NCBI GenBank assembly: GCA_964016885.1
Contig: OZ024745.1
Location: forward strand, 54,684,001-54,748,000
Source: Eledone cirrhosa
Lineage: Eukaryota
Length of the DNA stretch: 64,000 bases
Direction of reading: 5' to 3'
Shown in pieces: positions 28,834-42,436 of this stretch. The notes below the pieces were generated by a model, which saw only the letters and a program-made list of their open reading frames with translations, did not search any database and was not told where the DNA came from. Numbering within the stretch: position 1 is the stretch's first letter; each line of letters starts with the position of its first letter. The position numbers were made by a program, and so were the translations under genes.

Positions 28834-29439
28834 TTATATATTGTTATCTGCTTGTTTCATTTTTTACTCGGTTTCATATAAATCTTCAGTCTTTTTAAAT
28901 TCCATTACACTTAATATTTTCAGCAGCAGATACCAATAAAAATAACGTTATTATGATAATTGTTAGAGATATAATAATACATTTTATCGCTATTCTTGTT
29001 TTTGTTATTTTATGGGTGAATGTGGTAGTATTAACGAGTGGATTTTAATCGCAATATTGTTGGTGCTTGTGCAATACAGTCTTGCTATATATTTCAAGAT
29101 ATATGCTTAGCTACAGATTCTAGAAATGGATGCTGTTCTGAAAAATGATGTATAGTATAGTTGCCAAAATTATGTAGGTGGTATCCTACAGTGCATAATA
29201 AAATATGTGAATTTTTTTATAACTTGACAGAACTCTCTGTGTGTTTTACGTTTCTCATTATCTATTAGAAATTTACTGACTTGCCGCTTCTTAGTATAAT
29301 GATGATGATGATATGGATAATGATGATGATGGCGGTAATGATAACGGTGGTGATATAAATAATAATAATAACAACAATAATCTTGTTATTAGTGGTGGTG
29401 ATGATGATTTCTTTATTAACCACGATTGTTTACAAATAT

Positions 29440-29800
29440 AGCAAACACGCTTCCTCTTCGCACCGGTCGCCGTCGAGACACCAGGCGTACTTGGACACCG
29501 TACTGCCGAGCTCCTCCGTAAGATCGGAGCGCCGGCAGCCCATCCGAGGAGGGATCCCCGCGAGGTTAGGTGGCTGTTGCAGCGGGTGTCACTGGCCATC
29601 GTTCGGGGGAATGCTTTTGCCTTTTTGTCTGCGGGGCGCAGCAATTCAGCCCTCTTGCTCTAGGCCCAAAGCCCAATCAACCTCCCCTTAATCCCTCCCC
29701 TCTCTTCTGCGACACCAGAACCCCCCTTCCCGTTCTTTTTCTTCTTTCTTTCTCTTTTTTTTTCTTCTATATTTCCCTATTCTTTCTTTCCTTTTGTTTT
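29440..29800 (+). mobile_element. CRE-like (RLE) non-LTR element, 3' fragment
   Basis: RFLFAPVAVETPGVLG...DPREVRWLLQRVSLAIVRGNAFAFL, the typical CRE-clade C-terminus; pyrimidine-rich 3' region. Confidence 0.8.
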
Positions 29801-29929
29801 CCCTTATTTTATTTTTTCCTACTAAATTTTATTTTAAAAATGAACATCTATTTTCCATTTTACGGTTAATTGCATACACGGAAAGAAAAAAAAATGAAAT
29901 AAATTAACAAATTAAATTTCCAATCAGAG

Positions 29930-30135
29930 AGAGACTGTCGAGCGTTACTCTTGGAAAACCAATGAAAAACATTTGATTTTGGTCAACACCCAGTGAGCTC
30001 CGACTCGTACTTGATAGGTTTGATGCCGAATGCTACCTGGCTGAAATTATGCTACATGGCGAAAACTGAGACACTCGTCCTCTTGGGGAAGCCTGCGTAG
30101 TGCACTCTACATGTGAATGGAGTTCCACTGAAGTA
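29930..30135 (+). mobile_element. RTE LINE internal fragment
   Basis: Homologous to 26760-26970 (gataggtttgatgccga...gtgaatggagttccactgaag). Confidence 0.7.
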
Positions 30136-32441
30136 GGATGGTTTCGAAACTGTGTGGTTCTTAAATTTCTCCTTGGAAATCCTGTTGTATGGATTTATTA
30201 TTAATTTTAACCTCTTTACATTTTTTGCACGTTTTTTTAAATGTAAATCTCCAATGTGCCTGTTCTTTTGAATTGTCCTTATTATCCGCCCTGGTGGGCA
30301 ATAAAGAAATAATTATTTTTGTTATTATTTCCATTGGCCAAATTGTCGCAGCATGTTGGAAATAGTTAATAAAGGAACGATAACTGTAACACAAGCACAT
30401 ATATGTGATTTTCGTTGAACAACTAAGAGAAATAAACAAAATATTATAAAATATTATAAACAGCTTACTTTATATATCATCAATGTAGATGTAATAGTAA
30501 TACAAAATCGGACCCTCAAGATCGCGAAAATAACTAAATGGGGTATTTAATGTCTACTGGCGTGTAGCATGGAATTACCTTTACACCCCCAAAACAAGTG
30601 CCTTTTGGTTCCTTTTATTGCGATTTTAGCCACGTTAAAAGTCTCTCATTAAACCTTCCAACTCTGTCAATTACACGCCTTCTTTCACTATAGCTAGCAG
30701 TCAGAAGATGACTATCCATTCCTCCTTTCCAAAGAAATGTTGTGGATCGATTTTCACATTAGAGACCTCATTTAATAACGGTCGTATCACTACTAAGCAC
30801 AAATTATATATTTTCTCTGTTCCTGCACTAAATACTAAAATAAACCGCCTCTAAACATCATACTTTGCTTGTGCAGAAAAAAATTGTTCGAATAAGCAAA
30901 AATTGTTCGAATTCAGCAAAATCTGCTTCACAGTGCACACAAATGCACAGGATATAGTTAGGCGTAGAAGTAGAAATAAAACAAAAACGTCGTGATACTT
31001 ACGGAAAGAACGCTTTTGATCAACGATCTTCTTAATCAAAGCCAGCCAATATAATCTTAGAACGAAAAGAAAGATCTTATAGAATTTCTCCAATTCACTT
31101 TTGTCGACAGGTGCTTTATATTAACAACGTGATAAAATTGAGAAACAAAATTCATCTCGAGCTGATTATAAATCACAGCGCAGAGAGCTGCCACAAATAC
31201 GACAAGGTATTTATTTTTTTTATTACGCTTTAATTTCCCGGCTAGAATGGACAACATCTCTTGCGTGTGATGCAAATTGTGGTATTTAATTCCATATCTC
31301 TCTCTGTAGACTTCTAATAGTGACAATAATTTTATCATTCTGAAGTCAATAAAATAGACGACAGTAATATATCGTTGTCTAATGAATTGAGAAATTCCTG
31401 CCTTGTCAATTTTTAATATTTGTAGTTTTGAACCAATGTTATATATCCACTGTTTATAGCATAGTTGCTTTAGGTGGAGGTACATATTTTGAATATTATG
31501 AATGAATGTAATGTGTTTAGGAAATCGTTATTATCAAATAAAGATATCATAGTTAAATAAAGTTAACTTTTTCAAATTTGGCTTTGTTAAACTAAGCTTT
31601 AAACTCTAAAAAATAGCTAACAATTATGGAAGGAATACAGAAGTGTTTGTTCTTGCGCATAATATCTATTTAACGACAGATAACAGGGAAAATGGTATCC
31701 TATCAGCCTTAAAAAACCTTGATACATCTAATGTCGCTATCCTTTCCCCACCAAGGAACCATTTCAGAGAAAACAAAATATGTGAGTAGCACTATACGTA
31801 TTTATTAATTAATATTTGATTCATAAGATGTAAATAATGTGTATGCACACATTCTTCACATCTTGTGAGGGTGTTTTATTATATAGTTAAAGGCTTTGTT
31901 TTTAGGTCATATATGGCTGAGAGAGTAAACTCGTATCGTTCAGTCGATAGAACCTCATATGTGGTTTCACACAACACTACGACACAAAAAAACATCCCCA
32001 GACACGTTTTAGAAAATATATTTGTGTTCTTGTTTGGAAGAATAATATGAATGTTTAAGAAAGTAAAATTGACCCCCTTCCTCGACGTCTAAAAAACATA
32101 TTGAAAGAAAACAGAAATACATCAGAAGAAAGAAATATAAAATTTAAAAAACGGAAGAGATAAAATATTTTTTGGAACGTAACCATTCTTTATGATTCTT
32201 AACAAGTTGAAAACTACTGATTCTAACATATTTACGTACCAAGCCTTTTCCAGGATACTGAATTTCGATAGAACAGAAGGTGTTTTGATAAAGAAGGGAG
32301 GGGGTTAAGAGAAGTATTAAAAATAAAACAGTCAGATTTTCTCTAGAAATGATAAAATATTCCTTTGTTAGATATATAAAAACAAGTTTTCTCTGTAACC
32401 ACACGCATATATATATATATAACACACACACACATATATAT

Positions 32442-32539
<98 letters not shown>

Positions 32540-33345
32540 TATTTTAAAAGCTGGTACAATGCGGTATTATAATACGAAGAGCAAATTTTAACAAATGAAA
32601 GAAAACAAAACAAAACAATGATTTATGCAGCGATATTAGCATGATATTTCAGGGTTATAACCCACTTTTCAGACGCAAAGCTGAAACTCTCCAAGACGAA
32701 ACAAATGAGCGATTAAAGTCTTCAGTCTTTTCTTCCCTAACTAGTTTATGTGTTTGCGAAACGCACGTCCATGCGTGGAGTGGCAACAGCAACCATTCTG
32801 CCTCCATCATTTCTGAACTATTATTTATCTCTGCTTTTATTCGCTAGATGAAAATGGCCTCCGTAAACCTAAAATTTCCTATATTTATTTCAGTCACCTG
32901 TATAGAAGTACCATATGGAGGAACATGTGACAATGAGAGTCTCTTCCGTTAAAAAGCATCTATTCAATTGCTGCAACCATAATATTGAGGTCAGCATAGG
33001 GGCAAATGAAAGGAATATGGGAAATTTAGGGATTAAGGATGACATTTTCATCATCGGAATAAAACCAGAGATAAATACTAGAATAGGAAAGCATCAGGCA
33101 AAAAGGTTACTGTAGCAAGCCCGTTTCAGCTTCCCATCTGAAAAGAGGGCAATTTTTCATCATTTGCGCTTCGTATTTTTCTAGTGCATTGAACAATCTT
33201 TTGAAATAAAAATAACACAAAAAATCGATGTTTTACTACATATCTCACAATACTTTGTATTAACAACACCACATTTTATCTCTTTCTCTCCCTCCACTCT
33301 CACACTCTCTCTCCTCTCTCTCTCTCTTTCTCTCCCCATCTCTCG

Positions 33346-33460
<115 letters not shown>

Positions 33461-33464
33461 CCAC

Positions 33465-33568
<104 letters not shown>

Positions 33569-34092
33569 GGTTACACAACAGTTAGTTCACCATACCGAGA
33601 ACAATTGTTTCACCTTAGAGGATCCCCAGCTCGTAATGGGCATGGTTATACGGAACAGGAAGGACAACCGTACGAACGCGCATGCGCAGAAACCTGTCAC
33701 TTAACACAGGCAATACTAAATTACGTGCGAGAGGTGTAAGGGATATAACTGCGTAAGTCCGAATAGTTTTTAGTTGATAAGAAAAAATATTTATGTTGTT
33801 ACAATAATTCATTCAATCCGGAGCCTTGTAGTTATGCAATAGGTGTTCGAGACGTGTGGACAACGTGTGAAAAATTCATTCCTCGTGTTTAGGAAATCAC
33901 TATTGCATAATCTCTTTAGAATATTCATTCGTTCGTCAATACACAATCCACACGATGGTTTTCCTCTTGCGTATGGTTTGGACTTAGTAATGGCTTTCCA
34001 TTGAATGGAATAGTCTATACTTGAGTCCTTGAGGGACCATATGTGGCTCGCGAGTTTCGTGGATGAACGTCTGTCCGGGTACATATCTTTAA

Positions 34093-34629
34093 TGGACACA
34101 AAGTAAAACTAGGATACTCCTGCGCTAAGAACATGAAGGCCCACATCACCAGCAGCGCTGGGAGCAACACCCACCAGGGTGCTCTTGCCGTAAGCCCGAA
34201 ACTTGCCCCCTTCGAAAGCAATTCAACACACCAGCTGTAATTTATGAAGCTGTGGTCACTTGCAACCGACCAAACCAACCACAGGAGGTCAAATCCTATG
34301 TGGGCATGGCGGAGGGCCGATTTAAGGAACGTTCCCTGAACCACCAGTCGACCTTTAGGTACCCGGACAGACGTTCATCCACGAAACTCGCGAGCCACGT
34401 ATGGTCCCTCAAGGACTCAAGTATAGACTACTCCATTCAATGGAAAGCCATCACTAAGTACAAGACATACACAAGGGGAAATCCGTCGTGTGGACTGTGT
34501 ATTGACGAACGAATAAATATTCTAAAGAGATTATACGATAGTGATTGCCTAAACACGAGAAATGAATTTTTCACACGTTGTCCACACGTCTCGAAACACC
34601 TATTGCATAATTACAAGCCTCCGGATTGA
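34093..34629 (+). pseudogene. PLE linker plus GIY-YIG endonuclease, frameshifted
   Basis: KLGYSCAKN, CSCRKPETCP, VIYEAVV...SYVGMAEGRFKER, QWK, CGLCIDER, LNTRNEFFTRCPH; CxC, CxxC and terminal CxH pattern as I recall for Hydra-clade PLEs. Confidence 0.85.
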
Positions 34630-34795
34630 ATGAATTATTGTAACCACATCAATATTTTTTCTTATCAACTAAAACCTTTCCGGACTTTCGCAGTTATCTC
34701 CCTGACACCTCTCGCACGCATTTTAGTATTGCCTGTGGAAAGTGACGGGTTTCTGCGCATGCGCGTTCGTACGGTTGTCCTTCCTGTTCCGTATA

Positions 34796-34853
34796 ACCAT
34801 GCCCATTACGAGCTGAGGATCGTCTAAGAAGAAACAATTGTTCTCGGTATGGT
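34796..34853 (+). ncRNA. Minimal type I hammerhead motif in pseudo-LTR (inverted twin with CTGGGGA core at 33589-33646, minus)
   Basis: accatgc-ccatta-cgag CTGAGGA tcgtctaagaa GAAA caattg TT ctcg-gtatggt; palindromic stem III CAATTG. Confidence 0.8.
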
Positions 34854-34942
34854 GAACTAACTGTTGTGTAACCACTCTACCTAACTCGTCCCATGGACTG
34901 AGTGCTCTACCATTACGGATATCATCTTCCAGTGTTCTACCA

Positions 34943-35001
<59 letters not shown>

Positions 35002-35221
35002 CCTGTTTGTATTTTCATTGTTGTGGTGGCTTTTGTGGCATTTCTTACCCGGCCGTAGTTTTCAATTTGTCACATATTTAACGTATGCTTAATACTCTGA
35101 GCTTTAACTTATCGATCTATCGATATCATCTCATTGAGTGCTTGTGCCAGCTTCTGAGGATTTTTCTCTCGAAAGATGCTGCATTAACTGCAACTTCAAT
35201 TTTTCCATTTTACTCACTATC

Positions 35222-35305
<84 letters not shown>

Positions 35306-35369
35306 ATATATATAATAATTAAGTCAAATATGTAAAATTTGGCTTCGTTTATTATAAATTATAGATATT

Positions 35370-35422
35370 CTGCTATATATATTTCAGTGACAGCCATCAT
35401 TGGCTGTGACTTCTTCAGGTAG
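35370..35422 (-). ncRNA. Hammerhead motif with long stem II
   Basis: Minus: ctac CTGAAGA agtcacagcca atga tggctgtcact GAAA tatata TA gcag; lies in a ~210-bp island between (TA)n tracts. Confidence 0.7.
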
Positions 35423-35520
35423 TCCGAACTGGTGTGGGAAGGACAGTTACATAATGTTGTTGAAGTGGGTTTTACTCCGTCAATCCATCGATATGTTCAG
35501 CTCCTGGTAGTGTTGTTATT

Positions 35521-35594
<74 letters not shown>

Positions 35595-35879
35595 GCACAC
35601 ACACATACCCCCCCCTCCCCCACACACACAAATATATATATATATTAAAATATTAAAATCGTTTCTCTGGCGACCAGCTCGATCATCGCATCGATCGTGC
35701 CTCGAGCTGTTCACCAGAGACACGATTGTAATATGTCTAATAAATGTTAATTCGTCGCACCTCTGATTCTCCGTTTCTTATGTGATATATATATATACTC
35801 TCGTCTGTAAGAGCATCGAGTGCTTAAACGGCCTACCGTATACGGATGCTTTAAGCATCCCTCACCAAATATATATGTG

Positions 35880-35910
<31 letters not shown>

Positions 35911-36026
35911 GATTGCAAGTATATAGTGTTTATGCACAAGCATACGCGTATACGTTCATACGAAATGTAAAAGTAAACAAGACGCAAACACACCTAGACA
36001 AAAAACAAATAAACACACACTCACAC

Positions 36027-36109
<83 letters not shown>

Positions 36110-36459
36110 GAGAGATATATCGTTTAGTTGTCTGTATATTCTCTTTGCATCCACTCATCTACTGTTATTGTTACTTGGTTTCAGACAGTTCCCCGCTGAC
36201 ATAATATTCAAAATTACACTTTTACCTTTCTAGAATTAATATCTACTATACATTCAGACCTCACTGAAGCCCATCGTGTTATTATCAATACAGGCAATAA
36301 AATGTTGCAAACTATTGTGTACACTCCATCAACAAAGCGTATTTAGTGAAATCATAAACATCCAGTTTTGACTTGACGACGAGTAATATGAGACAAATAA
36401 TACAGCTTAATTTAAATCAACCATATTATTAAGCTAGGTTAGTCCGTATATATACATTA

Positions 36460-36499
<40 letters not shown>

Positions 36500-36504
<5 letters not shown>

Positions 36505-36745
36505 TTTGGGAGGTTCATGCTCCCAATAAAAATACACGCAACTGGTGTAGGACAGAACAATGGAAAGACACCAAATAAGAACTCAGTCCCTGAAGAGGTC
36601 ACCGAATGTCTGAGGTAGGAAAGTTTGGAATATATAAACAATCATCCGGTTATTGAAGCTACCAACCAGACATTTACAATAAACCGAAGTGAAAATTAAC
36701 AGGTGCGTGTGTTTTATTGGCAGCATGACTCATCTAAAGTATAAA
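36500..36745. mobile_element. PLE pseudo-LTR with short inverted 3' copy, decayed hammerhead at about 36586-36630
   Basis: Homologous to 44570-44822; inverted ends tactttgggagg... / ...catgactcatctaaagta. Confidence 0.7.
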
Positions 36746-37159
36746 AATATCTGTTTCAACACACGTTGTCAGATAAGAAATATTGTAAAACAAATTTAAA
36801 TACGAAATCTCTCTATATATATATTATTATTATCATTATTATAATTATTATGTCTGTCTGTATGTATATCTGACTCTCTAAAACTCGAGAACCACCCAAC
36901 CGATTCTTTTCAAACTTTACACATGTAATACTGATGGTCCTGAGAGTGTTTTGAGCAAAAGCAATTTCAAATTTTCAATGCCCTAGGGACCGCATTAAGA
37001 GATTTAGCGATTTCTCTCTATAATTCTTAGTCTTTCTTTTTAGATAGGTACTTAGATATAACGTTGCGCCCTTATAATATCTGTCTGTATGTCTGGCTGT
37101 CTGCATTACGGTATTATGACGTTATATGTGTGTGTATATATGTATATATATAGTGTGTG

Positions 37160-37208
<49 letters not shown>

Positions 37209-37340
37209 CGTGCAACGCTTTCCGAAATATTTACTTCTGCGTTCACAGATTGATTTTTCTAGTTTCAGAAAATCCCGTGTAAAGGTGAAAGCACCCATTC
37301 TTTGCTTAAAGTTTAATCTGTTATTTATATATATATATAT

Positions 37341-37629
37341 ATAATATATAAGAACAAAAGATGGTTAAAGGAGTTCCATGTATTTTATTATGCGCATTTC
37401 AAAAACAAATATCATCATGCAATAATATTTGTGTTTTCATCAGATAAAACAGGAGGACATGATATGAAGGCTAAAAAACACTTGTGGATAGTTTTTTAGC
37501 CTTCATATCATGTCCTCCTGTTTTATTTGATGAAAACACAAATATTATTGCATGATGATATTTGTTTTTGAAATACGCATAATAAAATACATGGAACTCC
37601 TTTAACCATCTTTTGTTCTTATATATTAT
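37341..37629. repeat. Near-perfect palindrome: 138-bp arms, 13-nt spacer (inverted PLE pseudo-LTR pair)
   Basis: Arms 37341-37478 and 37492-37629 differ at two positions by manual comparison. Confidence 0.95.
37382..37450 (-). ncRNA. Type I hammerhead motif
   Basis: Minus: gttttat CTGATGA aaacacaaatattat tgcatg atgatatttgttttt GAAA tgcgca TA ataaaat; palindromic stem III TGCGCA. Confidence 0.8.
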
Positions 37630-38360
37630 GTATACTCCAGTCCTACAAACTGTAGAGTGCTTCTTATCCGATATCTGCATTGCTTTATTGTACTACAATA
37701 AAACTCACCTCCTACACACACACATATATATATATACAATAAACTATGTCCATAGAAGCATTTGATAAATAAAATATATACATTATTTCCTCTCCCAATC
37801 AGCATACCCAACCACTTAAACAAGGCTATAAGATTAAAAGGCACCTATGAAGAAATAATAGATAAATAAACGACAGCTATCTATCTGCGATGAAACAGCT
37901 ATAGAATATTTACTCTCCATTTCTAATAGCACGTGGAAATCGATGAAATATATCGTCAACCTACACAATTAGGTATAAAATCAAAGTTACAACAAAAAAG
38001 TATATAAGCATACCAAAATTATGTTTCTACCCCATGAGGTTTCATTCGCTTTTTGGAAATATCCGATCAAGGATAAATTCACGAGTTTATCATCAGGAAA
38101 CAAACTCACTTGGACGAAGATTTTTCTTAAATGATCCCCGCTAGAAACGAATTCAAAATGGCTAAGAACTGTGATGCGGCAGTGGTCAAGTCAGAAAGAA
38201 TGTGATTGGTGCCTTACGGCGAGTGGGCTGGTTGCTAGAAAGCGCAGCCTAATACTACCTAAATTGCATCTCAACCATATGGGAGATTATCAAATATAAA
38301 GATTTACATATATACAAACTAGACAAAGTCATAGATATATATATGTGTGTTTTATATATG

Positions 38361-38401
<41 letters not shown>

Positions 38402-39653
38402 TATATTCGTGTACAGATATTATTGCATACACAATAACAAAGTATAAACAAATGTATTTATTTCGCGATAAAGTATTGATTTTCTTAGGACGGAAAAAAA
38501 ACCCTGGTAATCTCCGACGAATTTTTTTTATAAGCACAAAATGTAGACACCATCCCGAGGCCGAGGTATTCCGTACTTTTCTGTTCTGTTTTAGAAAGGA
38601 GGGATAAACATGCCAATCTATGTTTAGAATCCCGAGAAACGTCGGGCCATTCTGCTAGTTATTTCTAAAATTAATAAAAATGCGGTATCACCTGAAATAA
38701 AAGCTCAAGGATAACTCCGAGCTCTCAATAAAACATATTGATGAGCGAATGACATATATAGGAATATATCGAACAATACACTGGAATCATTGGCAAAAAG
38801 TGTAAGAACATATTAATCACAAATGAGCAGTATAGGCAGTTGAACTAAGATTCAAACGGTACATACAGAACATCAAATACCTATTTTACTCTCTTGTACA
38901 ATAATCCTTAATGGCTACAGAACCATGTTTCCCCAGTGGAATGGGGAAGTTCAATATTTAGTTTTAGGATCATCAGTCAGAGAACTAATCACATTAGATT
39001 AATCTCTAAAACAAATCTGGCCAAAACGTACATGGAGTTACGAAAACAACGGTGTGACTCAATTGTGTCTACGTGACTTGAATAGCTAAAAATAGCAGCC
39101 CAAACAATTCAGCAAAATAGAAACACAACCAAATACACTTCAGTGGCATATTTGTATTAAAGAAAGATGTCGTGCCTGAGAAACTACAGACACGCGTAAT
39201 ATCGCCTGAAATGGAAGCTCAATTATAAATTCAGAGCTCTTAATAATATAAATTCAAGAGTGAATGACATATATAGAAATATATCAAATAATACACAGGA
39301 GATAATTTAAAAAGAATGTATTGTTTGATGTATTTCTATATATATGTAATTTATTCTTGAATGTGTATTTTACACACACACACACACACACACATACACA
39401 CACACACACACACACACCCACACACACACACATAAACACACTCACGCACACACATATATATGAATTAATAAGGATTCTAACATCAACATCATTGAATGCA
39501 ATGAGATAAAGAGTGAGAAATGTCTATACTAGATTATAACTACATTTCTCTTTTGTTAATGTGTTTATCTCTAAACGAACACGTATCGTTTGTTAGCAGT
39601 TATGAAGCGTACTAAGAAACATTATTTAATTATTACACACGGTGTAATAATAA

Positions 39654-39843
39654 GGGCGGTGGATTGGCAGTATCGGTGAAGGGTCGGACGCCATGCTTTC
39701 CAGCATAGTTACGTCCCTTTACGATCTGAGTTCAAATCCCGCCGAGGTTGACTTTGCCTTTCATCCTTACGGGGTCGATAAAATAAAGTACCAGTAATGC
39801 ACTGGGTAATTGCTGGCCTTGTGCCTAAAGTAGAAACAATTAT
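39654..39843 (+). mobile_element. Full-length tRNA-type SINE (reference copy)
   Basis: A box tggcagtatcgg, B box gagttcaaatcc, central gcctttcatccttacggggtcgataaa, tail ggccttgtgcctaaagtagaaacaattatt; 17-bp TSD attatttaattattaca at 39621-39637 and 39839-39855. Confidence 0.95.
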
Positions 39844-40039
39844 TTAATTATTACATCATTACAGAGGTTGTGTGTGTTGTTAGTGTCGCTGTTTAGACCT
39901 AGCTTTACCAGTTAGTGATCTAGACAATCCTATTTTATTTTCAATTATTGTGTATTTTCAGACCGGTTGCATAGAATCCTTGTATTTATGTACTTCTCTA
40001 TGAATATACGTATGCATGTATGTTTGTATATGTACACAC

Positions 40040-40064
40040 AAGCACACACACACACACACATATA

Positions 40065-40096
<32 letters not shown>

Positions 40097-40150
40097 CCAA
40101 TATATATATACATACATATATATATATATACATATATATTTATATATATA

Positions 40151-40226
<76 letters not shown>

Positions 40227-40276
40227 CATATATATATACAAATATATATATATACATATATATATATACATATATG

Positions 40277-40365
<89 letters not shown>

Positions 40366-40368
40366 ATA

Positions 40369-40417
<49 letters not shown>

Positions 40418-40420
40418 ATA
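40040..40420. repeat. Long imperfect (TA)n
   Basis: Direct reading. Confidence 0.95.
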
Positions 40421-41127
40421 ACAAGAATACCCGATGAAACTCATCAACGCAGCCATCTCCAAGGCTAAGAACATCCCAATAACAACACTGAGAAAACCAA
40501 ACCCACAACATAAAAAAGAAAACCCTGCTATCTCTTTTGTCATCACTCACAACCCAGGAAACATCAACATTGTGAAAACTGCTAAGCAGTATCTCCCGAT
40601 TCTACAGCAATCTACCAAAATGAATGCACTCTTAAAAAACACACAGATAATTTATAGCAGACGCCAAGCACCCAACCTTAAAAAGCTAATTACCAAGGCA
40701 AAATTTACGACCAACATGGAATCAATGCAAGTGACGAAATGCGGGGACCCTAGATGTGGAACCTGTGAACTCATGGAAGAGGGCAAACAGTTGTCCTTCA
40801 AAAACCATGATAATTTCAAGGTCAATGCTAACATGAACTGCAAAACGAAAAACCTAATATATTGCGCAACATGTCCACAGTGTAAAGAGTATTACATTGG
40901 GGAAACCGGAACGGGATTACATGATAGAGTCCGGGTACATAAACAATAGATTAAAGACCCCACAGTCAGAAATACCACATGTAGCGCACACTTTGCATCA
41001 TGCGGGTAGGGAAAATTCACAATCTTCCCTTTCTTCAAGATATGGTCGGATAATGAACATTTCCGCAGATATAAAGAAGAATTCTTCATTGAAAAATTTA
41101 AACCAATACTGAACACGAAAAAATGAA
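40421..41127 (+). pseudogene. PLE (Neptune-like) linker plus GIY-YIG endonuclease, 5'-truncated, two in-frame stops
   Basis: RQAPNLKKLI, CGDPRCGTC, NCKTKNLIYCATCPQCKEYYIGETG..LHDRVRVH, EEFFIEKFKPILN. Confidence 0.9.
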
Positions 41128-41204
41128 TTAACACTCGGAGGTAAAATTCCATTTCACTACCCCCCCCATCTTCTTATGTATACACATGAATATCTGAGTG
41201 AACG

Positions 41205-41273
41205 GTGAGACACACACATGTGTGTGTGTAGGGAGGTATCGATGTATGTATGTGTGGGTATATATGTATGTGG

Positions 41274-41337
<64 letters not shown>

Positions 41338-41448
41338 GTATGGATGTGTGTATGTTTGTATGTGTGTGTGTGTATATATATATATATGTATGTGTGTATG
41401 TGTGTATATATGTGTATATGTACATGTATGTATGTGTATGTTTGTATA

Positions 41449-41499
<51 letters not shown>

Positions 41500-41808
41500 G
41501 GATAGATATGTATGTTTATGTGTGTGTGTATGTATGTGTATGTACCTATATATATGTGTGTGTGTGTGTATGTATGTGCATATATGTATATATGTGTGTA
41601 CATATGTGTATGTTTCTGTTTGTGTATATGTATGTATGTATGTAGATGCATGTGTATATATATGTATATATATATGTATATGTATGTGTATGTGTATATG
41701 TGTCTTTATGTGCTCGTGTGTACGCACATATATATATATATGTATATATGTATGTGTGTATGTATGTGTGTGTATGTGTATATATATGTATATATATATG
41801 TATGTATA

Positions 41809-41852
<44 letters not shown>

Positions 41853-42238
41853 CATGTATGTGTATGTATGTATGTGTGTTTGTATGTACTTGTATGTGTA
41901 TGTGTATGTGTATGTATGTGTATATATATATATATATATATGTGTATATGTATGTGTATATATATGTATATGGATATATATGTATGTGTATATGTATGTG
42001 TATATATATATATATATATGTATGTGTGTATGTGTGTGTGTGTGTATGCATGTATGTGTGAACGGAGGGGTATATATACGGACACATGTATATGTGTGTG
42101 TGTGTGTGTGTATACACGTGCGTGTGTGTGTGTGTGTGTGTGCGTGTATGTGTATATATGTATATTTAGTTATGTATATTTAGTTATGTATCTTTATGTG
42201 TGTATATGTATGTATATGTATGTATGTATATGTATGTA

Positions 42239-42276
<38 letters not shown>

Positions 42277-42376
42277 TGAAACAGTTCTAGTCCTGTAGAA
42301 TCTCATCTATATTATACTCTGCTATGTATTGAGTACCTTACTTACTGTGGTTACCTCCAATTCAACCCGGAATAAC

Positions 42377-42436
<60 letters not shown>

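Larger units (their letters stand above)
36808..38658 (+). mobile_element. Non-autonomous Helitron with nested PLE fragments
   Basis: 5' A|TC start followed by gtct/gtat microsatellite and aaccgatt...aaacttt motif; 3' hairpin cccga-gaaacg-tcggg (38631-38646) then CTAG|T; pairing of the two ends is inferred. Confidence 0.7.

Noticed and set aside
30500-32310. Possible very decayed piggyBac (minus strand; gggggTTAA near 32300)
   Set aside because: No matching second TIR or catalytic motif could be confirmed
32860-33060. HVPPYGTSIQ on minus strand resembling pogo LPPNTTS
   Set aside because: Too short and degenerate to support
39654-39745. Possible tRNA gene from A and B boxes
   Set aside because: No complete cloverleaf; continues into a multicopy body with tail and TSD, so it is a SINE head
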